From the IMG/VR virus record IMGVR_UViG_3300028588_000050, positions 1-38,519 of that record: a stretch of 38,519 bases of DNA; one strand, 5' to 3'. Numbering within the stretch: the first letter of the stretch is position 1; each line of letters opens with the position of its first letter. Source of the DNA: a virus. Its lineage: Duplodnaviria > Caudoviricetes. Both the position numbers and the translations under genes were made by a program. Of this stretch, positions 8,140 to 17,811 are shown piece by piece. Below the pieces are notes generated by a model. It made no database searches and had not been told where the DNA came from. It was given only the letters and a program-made list of their open reading frames with translations.

Positions 8140-8592
8140 GTGAAGCTGGGCTGTATGACTAAATACGAAGCCAACAGGGCTTGGAAGTTAAAGAACCCAG
8201 AGAAGAATCGTGAGTCCGCCCGTCAGACGGGCATCAAGTCGCGCAAGGCTGACCCATCAATATCGCGTAACGCAAGCTACAGGTGGCGCGAGGCTAATAG
8301 GGAAAAGTCTCTGCTTAGCAAAAGGCTAAGCGAACAAAAGCGTAGAGCCCGCCGTCTCCAGACGGAGGATGGCTCCGTTTTACCGGAAGCTATTGATAAG
8401 CTGAAGGTGGCGCAGAAAAACACCTGCTGGTGGTGCACCAAGACACTCACTGACTACCACATAGATCACAGAATTCCGCTCTCTATGGGCGGCGCACATG
8501 CCATCTCCAATCTGGTTTTGGCGTGCCCTCCGTGCAATCTGCGGAGGGGAGCTTCCTTGCCATGGCAAGGCGAACACCCACGGCTCTTATGA
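8140..8592 (+). CDS. HNH endonuclease (start may be ATG 8155)
   Basis: CWWC...HIDHRIPLSMGGAHAISNLVLACPPCN; basic N-terminal arm; possible own promoter TTGCAG-17-TAATTT near 8079. Confidence 0.9.
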   Translation: MKLGCMTKYEANRAWKLKNPEKNRESARQTGIKSRKADPSISRNASYRWREANREKSLLSKRLSEQKRRARRLQTEDGSVLPEAIDKLKVAQKNTCWWCTKTLTDYHIDHRIPLSMGGAHAISNLVLACPPCNLRRGASLPWQGEHPRLL

Positions 8593-8614
8593 GCACTACA
8601 ATAGGAAAAGCCAG

Positions 8615-9583
8615 ATGACCCAGCTCGCAGATGATGCGGCAGTCGGAGGCGAACCTGTCGAACTGGCAGCGGACGCACCCGATACTAATAATGAACCCGC
8701 TGTTGACAATTTAGACAATTCATCGGATGATACCGTTGAGTTCAACATGTACCCGGATGACAAGCCCGCTGACGTAAGCGAGGACGAAGAACCCGGCGAA
8801 CAGCAGACGAACGAGGACGACGAACCCGCCGAGGTCATCGAAGCCCCTGCCAGTCTTAATGCGGACGAGAAAACGCAGTTTGCGCAGCTTGACCCCAAAG
8901 CCCAGCGCCTCCTTGCTGACGTAGAAGCCCGTCGAAACAGTCAAGTTACCGCAGCCACCACCAAGGCAGCTAACGCCCAGCGCGAAGCCGAAAGCCGCGC
9001 AGCAATGGCCGATGCCCAGGCGAAGGCGGTTTATAGCCAGCAGTTGCGGGCCGTTGTGGAAAGCATCAAGCTTCCCGATGCGCCTGACCCCCGCTTGGCG
9101 GCAACCGACCCAGCCTCCTATGTGGCGCAAAAAGCCCATTACGACGCTGCACAGGCTGAACTCTCGCAGTTCATGCAGGAAGTGGAGTCAATCGGTGGCG
9201 AGGCATCCAGCACTGTCGATCAGGCATTCGTAGATGCGCGCGACCGGGCCTTGATGGCTATCCCCGAGATCCAGAACGAGGAAACCCGCACCGGGTTTTT
9301 CGATAAGGCTTTCGAGGCGGCTGACAAGATTGGGCTGGATAGGTCGCAGATCGATCACGCTACGGCGGACGAGCTGAAGGCCCTTCGCACTATCTATGAC
9401 GACCAGCAGGACGCCAAGCTGTGGCGCGAACACAAGGCCGCTAAGGACGCTGCAAGGCGCAATCCCAATGGCCAGTTCAAGCCAACGCGGCAGCTTCCGC
9501 CGGTCACGATCAAACCGGGCACCTTGTCGAATCGACCGGCTCCGTCGACCGATCCCGTCAAGATGCTTTACCCCAACGACTGA
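8615..9583 (+). CDS. Capsid scaffolding protein
   Basis: Acidic disordered N-terminus then coiled coil; directly upstream of capsid gene; AGGA RBS. Confidence 0.8.
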   Translation: MTQLADDAAVGGEPVELAADAPDTNNEPAVDNLDNSSDDTVEFNMYPDDKPADVSEDEEPGEQQTNEDDEPAEVIEAPASLNADEKTQFAQLDPKAQRLLADVEARRNSQVTAATTKAANAQREAESRAAMADAQAKAVYSQQLRAVVESIKLPDAPDPRLAATDPASYVAQKAHYDAAQAELSQFMQEVESIGGEASSTVDQAFVDARDRALMAIPEIQNEETRTGFFDKAFEAADKIGLDRSQIDHATADELKALRTIYDDQQDAKLWREHKAAKDAARRNPNGQFKPTRQLPPVTIKPGTLSNRPAPSTDPVKMLYPND

Positions 9584-9596
9584 TTAGGAGGCCAGA

Positions 9597-10601
9597 GTGG
9601 CAACTATCGGCAATTCGTATCTTGATCTAATCGACCTCGCCAAGCGTACCGACAGCACCCGTGCCCTTGCACCGGTTATCGAGGCGCTTAACACCATCAA
9701 CCCGCTCATGCAGGACGCCTATACGGTCGAATGCAACCAGGGCACCAAGCACCTGACCACCACGCGCACCGGCCTGCCGCCTGTCACGTGGGGCAAGCTC
9801 TATCAGGGCATTCCGCAGAGCAAGTCCACCACGCAGCAGGTTGAAGACACGACCGGCTTTGTTGAGGGCCTGTCGTTCGTCGATAACCGCCTGCTCGAAA
9901 TCTCGAAGAACCCCGGTGCAGTCCGCATGTCGGAAGCGCAGCCGTTCCTTGAGTCGATCGCGCAGGAAGTCCAGACCAACTTCTTCTACAGCGACACGGC
10001 AACCACGCCGGAGCGTTTCAAGGGTCTGGGTGCGCGTTACAACACGCTCGCCAACTCGCAGGTCATCAATGGCGGCGGCACTGGCTCGGACAACATGTCG
10101 GTGTGGTTCGTCACCCACGGCGCAAACCAGACGCGTCTTATCTACCCTGAGGGCACGATGGGCGGCGTCTCGCGCAAGGACAAGGGCGAGCAGCGCGTTA
10201 CCGACGATATCGGCAATGCGTACTACGGCAAGGAAGAAGAGTTTCGCCAGCATGTCGGCGTCTCGGTTGGCGACTGGCGCTTTAACGCCCGTATCGCGAA
10301 CATCGACGTTTCCAACCTGCTCGCTGGCACGGTCGATCCCTACGCGCTGCTCTCGAAGGCCTATTGGGCGCTTCAGGGTCGTCGTAACGGCAAGATCCAG
10401 AACGGCGGCATGGTGTCGATGGGCAAGACGGTCATCTACGCAAACCGGGTGTTCTTGCAGGCTCTGGATGCTGCTACGACCAACGCGGATAAGGTTCAGC
10501 TTCGTCCTGATGAAGTCGCCGGGCAGGAGATCCTTGTGTATCGGAACATTCCGATTCGTGAGGTTGACGCATTAATCAACTCGGAGCAATTGGTGGGTTG
10601 A
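9597..10601 (+). CDS. Major capsid protein (BPP-1 Bbp17-like)
   Basis: 334 aa; RTGLP..TW..L..G...SKS, F.GL..RY, DWR..ARIANID and IPIR.VDAL motifs; AGGAGG RBS. Confidence 0.92.
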   Translation: MATIGNSYLDLIDLAKRTDSTRALAPVIEALNTINPLMQDAYTVECNQGTKHLTTTRTGLPPVTWGKLYQGIPQSKSTTQQVEDTTGFVEGLSFVDNRLLEISKNPGAVRMSEAQPFLESIAQEVQTNFFYSDTATTPERFKGLGARYNTLANSQVINGGGTGSDNMSVWFVTHGANQTRLIYPEGTMGGVSRKDKGEQRVTDDIGNAYYGKEEEFRQHVGVSVGDWRFNARIANIDVSNLLAGTVDPYALLSKAYWALQGRRNGKIQNGGMVSMGKTVIYANRVFLQALDAATTNADKVQLRPDEVAGQEILVYRNIPIREVDALINSEQLVG

Positions 10602-11148
10602 AGCGACTAGCAGGAGGGTTACTGTAGTATTCGTCTAATCTGGAGGCTAATTCGGTGGGAGTAATGCCAAGTTTCTTGATCCGCCCTTCTAGGGTATTGC
10701 ATGGCTGGCACAACGCTCCACGGGGCATCTTGCTGTCATGACAGTGGTCGCCAACCGGTTTAAGATCATCTGTGAATGCGCGCTTGCATATAGGGCAAAT
10801 ATTGTCTTGAAAATCTGCAAGCTCCTTGAGCAGTTTGTTGTTGATACCGGAGCGGCGCTCTCGCTGTTGGTCAAGGTACTCTTCCCACCCAGCAGGGTCG
10901 TTACGCTTCATAAAAGCGGCCTTGCGGGAGTTGCCGGGTTTAGCCGCCCGCTTCTCCCTAGCCCCAGCGGCCAAACGTTCTTTTACTTCAGGCCGCTGCC
11001 TGTACGCATCGACTCTCTCCTTAACCTCAGGGCGATTGTGATACTCGATCTTCTTATCGCGAATTGCAGCCTTGTTCTTTTGGTAGTAAGCTTTGCAATA
11101 CTCCAGATACTTTGCCCATTCTTCGGGCGTACAGTCGGATTTCTTCAT
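10576..11148 (-). CDS. Endonuclease VII-family (His-Me finger) homing endonuclease
   Basis: Q...CPIC...DHCH...RGALCQPCN..EG; basic N-terminal arm; antisense inside head operon. Confidence 0.88.
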   Translation of the reverse strand: MKKSDCTPEEWAKYLEYCKAYYQKNKAAIRDKKIEYHNRPEVKERVDAYRQRPEVKERLAAGAREKRAAKPGNSRKAAFMKRNDPAGWEEYLDQQRERRSGINNKLLKELADFQDNICPICKRAFTDDLKPVGDHCHDSKMPRGALCQPCNTLEGRIKKLGITPTELASRLDEYYSNPPASRFNPPIAPS

Positions 11149-11205
11149 AATGCCCTCTTGTGAGACCTACGCACTCATCGATATCCTAATAAAGGAAGAA
11201 GGACA

Positions 11206-11637
11206 ATGATTTTCTCGCGCGCACTCCTGTTCAGCGATGGGCAGGCAATCACCGCCACCACGGCATCCACGAACGTCATCGACCTTGGCGCAACCGGCAC
11301 TGTCAACGGCGCTTCGGCCCCGATGGTCCGTGAAATCGGCTTCGGCACGGATGCAGAGCTGTCGATCAGCGCTACGCAGTCGTTTAACAACCTGACTTCG
11401 ATGACCATCTCGGTTCAGGTAGACGACAACGCAGCGTTCACGTCGCCTACCACGGTCTCGACTTCGGCGGCTTACACGCTGGCACAGCTCGCGACGGGGG
11501 CGAAGTATCTGCTTCCTAGCCGCCTCCCTGCTGGCACCAACGAGCGCTACGTTCGTCTGTTCTACACCGTCACTGGCACCGCGCCCACGACCGGGCGTAT
11601 CACCGCAGGCGTCGTTGCCGCCCGCCAGTCGGCATAA
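11206..11637 (+). CDS. Capsid cement/decoration protein (Bbp16-like)
   Basis: LLFSDGQAITATTASTNVIDLG N-terminus and RYVRL.YTV.G...G.ITAG C-terminus. Confidence 0.88.
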   Translation: MIFSRALLFSDGQAITATTASTNVIDLGATGTVNGASAPMVREIGFGTDAELSISATQSFNNLTSMTISVQVDDNAAFTSPTTVSTSAAYTLAQLATGAKYLLPSRLPAGTNERYVRLFYTVTGTAPTTGRITAGVVAARQSA

Positions 11638-11649
11638 GGAGCCTATAAC

Positions 11650-11985
11650 ATGACGCAGTTCTATAAGGCTCCCCACGCCGTCCAGGCTGGTGGCATCATC
11701 TATGCGGCTGGCGAGCCGTTCATCTGGGAATCCCAGAAGGTCAAGGTCGACGGCAAGGAAGTCGACACCACCCCCGGCGAAAGCTGGGAGAAGGTGAAGG
11801 CCAAGGATGCGATGGTTATCGCAACCGCACAGGAGCAGATTCCTGATGACGCCGACCTTGACGCGCTGCCTGTGACGGCTCTCAAGGCCGTTGCGTATAT
11901 TCGGCGTGTTTCGGGTATTGCTGACCTGTCGGACGGCGACGCACTGAAGGCGGCTATTCGGGCGAGCTACGAACCGAAGCTGTAA
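11650..11985 (+). CDS. Hypothetical head-associated protein
   Basis: AAGGAG RBS; follows cement gene; C-terminal small helical domain. Confidence 0.8.
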   Translation: MTQFYKAPHAVQAGGIIYAAGEPFIWESQKVKVDGKEVDTTPGESWEKVKAKDAMVIATAQEQIPDDADLDALPVTALKAVAYIRRVSGIADLSDGDALKAAIRASYEPKL

Positions 11986-11997
11986 CGACTATTGACG

Positions 11998-12028
11998 GGG
12001 CCGGTCCTTCGGGGCTGGCCCTTTCTTT
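11998..12028 (+). terminator. Rho-independent terminator after capsid genes
   Basis: GGGCCGGTCC-TTCG-GGGCTGGCCC then TTTCTTT. Confidence 0.9.
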
Positions 12029-12042
12029 GTGAGGGTATGCGT

Positions 12043-12348
12043 ATGGACATGTTTGGTAAGTACAGCGAAACGCTGCCAATCTTAGACAGCGGCATGGTGT
12101 CACGCCTACAGATCGACAAGCGCGGGCGTATTATCGTCAGCAGTGGTGATGACAGCGTGATCTACACCACCGTTGTTGAGCTTGATACCAGCGGCGGCAT
12201 TGTCCCCGTCCATAAGGGCGTCACCAACACCTACGACCCTAGCGGCAACCTCCAGACGCAGACCGTCAAGAACGGTAGCACATGGATCCGCACGTTTACC
12301 TACACCAATGGCGAAGTGGTGTCTGACAGCGGTTGGGTTAAGCAGTAA
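12043..12348 (+). CDS. Hypothetical virion/fibre-associated protein
   Basis: GAGGG RBS; TAATG coupling to next gene; beta-rich. Confidence 0.75.
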   Translation: MDMFGKYSETLPILDSGMVSRLQIDKRGRIIVSSGDDSVIYTTVVELDTSGGIVPVHKGVTNTYDPSGNLQTQTVKNGSTWIRTFTYTNGEVVSDSGWVKQ

Positions 12349-12728
12349 TGGCCGATAGCCTTATCCAGCCGTTCCGCCGCAACCTTAACGTGAAACCTAT
12401 TATCGGCCCTGTCGGCTTGGTCGCGGTCCCTACAGAGGTCCTGCCGATGAATGGACAGGGAATTACCAGTTTCATCGTGCAGAACCCCAACCCGTTTCAC
12501 ATCTGGTTTGCTGGCTGGCGGGGTTCTGCTGGCGATATGCCGAATATCAAGGAAAACGGGCACTACATCCATCCGGGTGAGAAATATCTAGGCCGCACGC
12601 AGATGCCTCAGTGGGTTGCCGCTGTAGCTGACGACGAGCCGGGGTTTCCGATCCTGACGAGCGCTGGAGGTTGGCTGTATGAGGGCAAGCGCACGCGGTT
12701 CATTCTCATTTATGGCAGTGGTTCATAA
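12348..12728 (+). CDS. Hypothetical beta-rich protein
   Basis: TAATG coupling at both ends. Confidence 0.8.
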   Translation: MADSLIQPFRRNLNVKPIIGPVGLVAVPTEVLPMNGQGITSFIVQNPNPFHIWFAGWRGSAGDMPNIKENGHYIHPGEKYLGRTQMPQWVAAVADDEPGFPILTSAGGWLYEGKRTRFILIYGSGS

Positions 12729-13315
12729 TGGGTACGAAAGTTCCGGGGTATCCTCTCAAGGGTGGCATGGGCGATGCAGGCGCGCAGGGTCCGATTGGAC
12801 CGGCTGGGCCTACGGGCGCAACTGGCGCTAAGGGGGATGTCGGCTCGCAGGGTGCTAAGGGCGAAATTGGCCCAACTGGTGCGGCGTCAACCGTAGCGGG
12901 TCCGCAGGGCATTCAGGGGATAAAGGGTGAAACCGGCGCAACCGGCGTCAAAGGTGATACGGGGGCAACCGGAGCTACCGGAGCGACTGGAACTCAAGGT
13001 ATCCAGGGCATCCAAGGCCCAGCAGGCACCCCAGCCCCCACTACGGGCCGCTTGGTATTCCTAGGCAACATCAACGTCACCGAAACGCTATTGATATCCC
13101 TCGCTGTAGGTATGAAGCGCAAGACGTTCCCACTGGCGGGCGTTGCGGCCACAGACATCTTAATCGCCATCCCCACCGCCGCGCCAACAACGGGCTGCGA
13201 AGTGGTCAACGCCTACCCTGCATCGGCGGGTAACGTAAGTATCGGATACTACACACCGTTGTTGGGCATTGGCGCGACCTATGCTATACCCCTTTCAGTT
13301 TTCAAGGTGACATAA
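12728..13315 (+). CDS. Collagen-like (Gly-X-Y) fibre protein
   Basis: Long GXY run ([20 protein letters not shown]...) followed by a beta-rich C-terminal domain. Confidence 0.88.
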   Translation: MGTKVPGYPLKGGMGDAGAQGPIGPAGPTGATGAKGDVGSQGAKGEIGPTGAASTVAGPQGIQGIKGETGATGVKGDTGATGATGATGTQGIQGIQGPAGTPAPTTGRLVFLGNINVTETLLISLAVGMKRKTFPLAGVAATDILIAIPTAAPTTGCEVVNAYPASAGNVSIGYYTPLLGIGATYAIPLSVFKVT

Positions 13316-13317
13316 CT

Positions 13318-16300
13318 ATGCAAGTGAAGCCCGTTAGCCCTCCCAATGGTAGCGAACTGCTTGTCCTGAATAAGGATGGCCGCACACTTTACGTCACGCG
13401 GCCCCAGGTTGTGGCTATTCTGGCTTCTACGGGCGTTCGTTCGCGGCCAATGCGGTCTGTTCTGACCACGCGCACGGGTTCCGAGACGTATCGGGCCATT
13501 CAGGGCGGCGTTCTGGTCGAATTCTCGCTTGCTGACTTCACGGCCTACCTCGCGGGCACTGCAACGCCCGATCCTGTGCCGTTCGGGCGCGGTCTGGACG
13601 TCTATAGCGGTACGGAGCGGTTTGTCGGGCGGCAGGGTACGGGGCTGATTGCTTCGGACATCATGCAGACTATGTATGTTCGGGGCTTGGGGGGCTCGCT
13701 GGCGGGGTTGGGTGGGGATATTCTTGAACTGCCCTGGATGCCGGGTAATGGGGTTACTCCGACGCCTACCCCCACGCCAACGCCCACTCCTACGCCGACA
13801 CCAACTCCCGGCGCGACTCTTGACGGCGCCGAGGAGGCGACGATTTCACCCGCCAATACGACGCTGCGATCGACGTATGACTTCACCAAGACGGGTACAG
13901 CCTACTCACTCACGAAGAACGCATACAACGGCAACGGCGTATATTGGCCCAACAAGCCACGCCCGTTGTTGATTCCGAACCCGGCCTATCCCGATCTGAA
14001 GATGAGCTACTATTCGCCGGATCACGGCGGAAGCGACAGCGGCATTTTTGTGGCTCTGGTCAACGGCGATCCAACCGTTCCTGCCAACTGGCGGACCTAC
14101 GACGATGCCAAGGCAAATACTGACTGGCTGTCGCATTTGTCGAATCTTCCCGCGGCAAACCCTATCTATATCGGGCCGCAGGCTGTCGGATCGGGCTATC
14201 AGATGGAAACCCCTTCCATCATCCCGTACAATGGTAAGTGGATCGTCCACTTCCAGATGACGGACATTCCTCTGGCTGCGAACCAGGGCACCGTCCGATC
14301 GATCACGTCGGATGGTTTTAACTTCACCTCGCAGGCTGTGCCGCTTCTCATTCCGACCACTTACACCGATGGCCACACAGGATACTTTACAGCCGGCGCT
14401 AACCCGTTCCCCGGCATCATCGACCCCAGCACCGGCGTAAAGGCATTGTACGCCGGGTGGTCGCTTCATGGCGGTGGGCAGCGTTCCACTCTCGCACTTT
14501 GGGCAACCGATAATCCTGAAACCGGCACGTGGCGCTTGGTGCAGACTTTCGGCAAGATCATGGGCCGCAACGCACTCGGCAGCGTCGGAAACTGGCTGTC
14601 GTTCGCATTTATCAACATGGATTGGGGATCGATCCGTCAAACACGACAGGGCTGGGCCTTTCTCACTGAAGCCGCGCAGCGCGGGGCTGGCGCGGCTGCA
14701 CGTCCAGGTAACATGTATGAAGTGCTCGTCGGTGATGATGGCCGCACCATGCTCGGTCAGCCGCAGCTTGTCATCGCGCGCGGCACCGGCATAGACGCTG
14801 GTGAAGTATCGCGCGGTGAAACGTTCGTGTTCGGTAACAAGCGGGGGTTCATCTATGAAGCCGCAGACAGCACGAATACGAAGGTCGCCGCGCTCGCTAC
14901 GTCGCCACTGCGCAGCCCTTCGAACACGTGGTTCGATGCCCTGACGCCAGCAATTCCTGCTACGTTCGCGACCAAGCAGGTCAATTTCCAGACCGCGACG
15001 GCTACCCCGTCCGGCTTTACGGCGGTTACGACGGGCGCCCCGGCTGTGTCTTACAGCGCGTCGGGCGCAGCGCTGACCCTGGCTCCCAACGACGCGTATT
15101 TCTTGTTCGAGAACGACGGCTTTGACCCGACGACGACGGACTACGTTGACATTTTCCTAGACGATTTCCGCACCACGGCGGGACCGTCCACGGCTGCGCG
15201 CATCCCTTACATCGGGTTCGCGACCAGCAAGACTGCCCGTAGCGCCATGACAGATGCGTTCTATCTGTCGAATGGTGAAGGCACGGCGGGCACGTTGTCT
15301 TACTCGTCACTGGTCGCGGGAACCGTAACCGGTCGCGCTTCCGATTATGTGTTCGGCATCGGTTATGGCGCTGGTACGGGGCAGACGATCGGGCCGAAGC
15401 ACAAGGGCATCCGCTGGTTCCCGAAGTCCAACGAGGCTTTCGTGCTTGAAGAGGGCGCGGAAGGCGAGCCGATCAAGACTAATACGATCAACTATCCTGC
15501 ATTGCTCGATAAGACGAAGCGGTATTACCCGTTCATCGGCTTTGTCAGCACCGGCACCACATCGGTTACTGAAACGATCCAGAAAATGATTGTGCGAGTT
15601 GCTGATACTGGTGGCGTGCCTGTCTCGCCCACACTTAGCAATCTGACGGTTTCGCCTACGTCGGCAACCCAGAATAGCGCGTGGACGGCAACGATCACGG
15701 GCAAGACAACCGGTTCGACTATCACGGCAACCTCGTCTGACGGCGCTACGCTGACCGTATCGGGCACCACTGTTTCCGGCACCTTCACGACATCGGGCAG
15801 CAAGACGGTTACGCTAACTGAGACGCTTACAGGCGCAACCAACAGCCCGCGCACAAGTACGGCAACGATCACTGTAGCTGCTGAGGTCACGCCACCAAGT
15901 GGTGATCCGGCTACGTATGGCACCCGCTCTGTCGCATCGAGCCCCAACAACCAAGCAAGCTACAGCCATACCGGGCTTGATATCGGTACGGCTGCGGCAA
16001 CCCGTCGCATCGTCTTGTTCGTCGGTGGTCGTGCAGCGGCAACCTCGCCTACGATTGGTGTCACCCTTACGCCAGCAGGCGGGTCCGCCATTACCATGAC
16101 CCAGGCAGGTATCAGCCGCTCGACCTTTGATAGCCCTGCTGAAACGACGCTGGTAATGTTTGTCGCCACTGTTCCAACTGGTACGACTGCTGATGTTGCG
16201 GTTACGGTGACGAATGGTCCTTGGGTTCGCGAAGGTCTTACGATTTTCCCGATCTATAACACGGCGTCTGTGACCCCGACGCAAGTGTCGGTTGCCTCCG

Positions 16301-16584
16301 CAAAGAATGACGTTGGCATGTCGACGACAATTGATAAGCTGGCAAAGGGTGTTGTTCTTGGTGGGGCAATTGTTTCCTCGTCCAGTTCGACCGTTGTCAC
16401 GTCGGCGGCTGAGAGCGGGACTGATAATGCGACCGCAGTTCCCGGCGTAACGGTTAGCCTTTCGAACCTCGCGGGCTCGCCGTCTACGTGGACCGGCCTT
16501 GCAAACGCGGCGTCGCCCACTGTGATCGAAAACACCGGTTCGGCTGGCGGTGCAATGATCCTCGCAACATGGGCAGCAGCATAA
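13318..16584 (+). CDS. Large multidomain fibre-like protein with PT linker and putative glycosidase-type beta-propeller
   Basis: 1088 aa; three N-terminal GSE/GTE repeats, (TP)9 linker, YYSPDHGG/ETPSII/GHTGYF region, Thr-rich Ig-like segment, C-terminal beta domain. Confidence 0.75.
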   Translation: MQVKPVSPPNGSELLVLNKDGRTLYVTRPQVVAILASTGVRSRPMRSVLTTRTGSETYRAIQGGVLVEFSLADFTAYLAGTATPDPVPFGRGLDVYSGTERFVGRQGTGLIASDIMQTMYVRGLGGSLAGLGGDILELPWMPGNGVTPTPTPTPTPTPTPTPTPGATLDGAEEATISPANTTLRSTYDFTKTGTAYSLTKNAYNGNGVYWPNKPRPLLIPNPAYPDLKMSYYSPDHGGSDSGIFVALVNGDPTVPANWRTYDDAKANTDWLSHLSNLPAANPIYIGPQAVGSGYQMETPSIIPYNGKWIVHFQMTDIPLAANQGTVRSITSDGFNFTSQAVPLLIPTTYTDGHTGYFTAGANPFPGIIDPSTGVKALYAGWSLHGGGQRSTLALWATDNPETGTWRLVQTFGKIMGRNALGSVGNWLSFAFINMDWGSIRQTRQGWAFLTEAAQRGAGAAARPGNMYEVLVGDDGRTMLGQPQLVIARGTGIDAGEVSRGETFVFGNKRGFIYEAADSTNTKVAALATSPLRSPSNTWFDALTPAIPATFATKQVNFQTATATPSGFTAVTTGAPAVSYSASGAALTLAPNDAYFLFENDGFDPTTTDYVDIFLDDFRTTAGPSTAARIPYIGFATSKTARSAMTDAFYLSNGEGTAGTLSYSSLVAGTVTGRASDYVFGIGYGAGTGQTIGPKHKGIRWFPKSNEAFVLEEGAEGEPIKTNTINYPALLDKTKRYYPFIGFVSTGTTSVTETIQKMIVRVADTGGVPVSPTLSNLTVSPTSATQNSAWTATITGKTTGSTITATSSDGATLTVSGTTVSGTFTTSGSKTVTLTETLTGATNSPRTSTATITVAAEVTPPSGDPATYGTRSVASSPNNQASYSHTGLDIGTAAATRRIVLFVGGRAAATSPTIGVTLTPAGGSAITMTQAGISRSTFDSPAETTLVMFVATVPTGTTADVAVTVTNGPWVREGLTIFPIYNTASVTPTQVSVASAKNDVGMSTTIDKLAKGVVLGGAIVSSSSSTVVTSAAESGTDNATAVPGVTVSLSNLAGSPSTWTGLANAASPTVIENTGSAGGAMILATWAAA
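13756..13809 (+). repeat. (Thr-Pro)9 linker repeat
   Basis: ACN-CCN codon repeat with varied third positions. Confidence 0.9.
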
Positions 16585-17807
16585 TGAGCAAGATCATTCT
16601 AACTATCCTCGCGCTGCTACTTCCCGCTTCGGCGGCGGCAGACCAAATCCGCATCGTTGGGGGCACTCCCGCCCCCACGATCGCGGTCAAAGATGGTGAC
16701 ACCCTGGTCACCAACAAGGCGCTGGTCGAGAACACAACCGCTGATGGCGTTCTAACCCGTCGCTACCCCGTCTGGATCGACCGCACGCGCCCTGCTGGCG
16801 ACAACGGGTTCCAGATCACGGCAGATGGGTTGCGGCTAGTTGGATTCGAACCGGGCAACGGCTATGTGTATGCCGTCGTCGGTGCGCCTGCCCGTCCGAA
16901 CGCCCTGCGATACGGCGTCAATCTGTCGGGCTGCGAGTTCGCGGCTGGTACGTCACTGTGCCCGACCCAAGCGGATATCGACACCTACATCGCTAAGGGC
17001 TTCACCCTGATCCGCCTGCCCGTGCAGGACAACCATCTGCGCGGCGACAACCTCGTCAAGATCGCTGCCATTGTGGCCTATGCACAGAGCAAGGGCGCAC
17101 AAGTCATCCTAGACCGGCACGATTACACGCGGCACTCAGCTGCGGATGCCTGGACGTTCTGGCGTCCGATCCTGCCCTCATTCTCGCCTGATACACTGAT
17201 CGAATTGTCCAATGAGCCCTACAAGGGCTATCCCCTTGGCTCAAACCCGTGGATGGTTTCGGCGCAGGACACCAAGGAGACCGTCGCGCTGTTCCGGGCG
17301 AATGGCATCATCAATTCGATCTTGTTTGGTTCGCCGGGATACAACGCGACGTTTCGTTTCCTGAAGTTCAAGGGAGTGCAGTTCCCGGCTGAAGGCATGG
17401 GTGATGCAATCTCACGCGTGGGCGGCATTAACGACCCTTTGAATAAGACCTATTTCAGTGGCCATCGCTATCTAGACAAGGATTCAAAAGGCGCGCTGTC
17501 GGTTTGCGTGGCCACTGGCGATGCGGGTATCGGCGCCTGGGCCGCTTCGCTGCGCAAATACAACATGAAGGCGTACTTTACTGAATTCGCTTTTGCCCGC
17601 CACAGTGGCATTCCCGCTTCCTGCGCGGCTGTCGGTGCTGCAATGATGGCTGCGGTCAAGGCTAACAGCGACGTGATCCTAGGCACTACTGCTTGGGGCG
17701 GCGGTCGCGCTTGGCCTGAAAAGTATGCGTTTAAGATCGAGCCGCTAAAAGGCACGTTTGCCACTGCACAGACTAACAGCTATACTGAGCAACTGTTAGG
17801 ACGCTAA
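16584..17807 (+). CDS. Glycoside hydrolase family 5 (endoglucanase/cellulase-like) with Sec signal peptide
   Basis: GVNLSGCEF, IRLP, ILDRHDY, NEP (acid/base), HRYLD.DS.G, TEF (nucleophile), AWGGG; N-terminus MSKIILTILALLLPASAAA/D; TAATG-coupled start. Confidence 0.88.
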   Translation: MSKIILTILALLLPASAAADQIRIVGGTPAPTIAVKDGDTLVTNKALVENTTADGVLTRRYPVWIDRTRPAGDNGFQITADGLRLVGFEPGNGYVYAVVGAPARPNALRYGVNLSGCEFAAGTSLCPTQADIDTYIAKGFTLIRLPVQDNHLRGDNLVKIAAIVAYAQSKGAQVILDRHDYTRHSAADAWTFWRPILPSFSPDTLIELSNEPYKGYPLGSNPWMVSAQDTKETVALFRANGIINSILFGSPGYNATFRFLKFKGVQFPAEGMGDAISRVGGINDPLNKTYFSGHRYLDKDSKGALSVCVATGDAGIGAWAASLRKYNMKAYFTEFAFARHSGIPASCAAVGAAMMAAVKANSDVILGTTAWGGGRAWPEKYAFKIEPLKGTFATAQTNSYTEQLLGR

Positions 17808-17811
17808 AACT

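Noticed and set aside
13756-13809. Tandem repeat as possible CRISPR or VNTR
   Set aside because: It is a coding Thr-Pro linker with degenerate third positions
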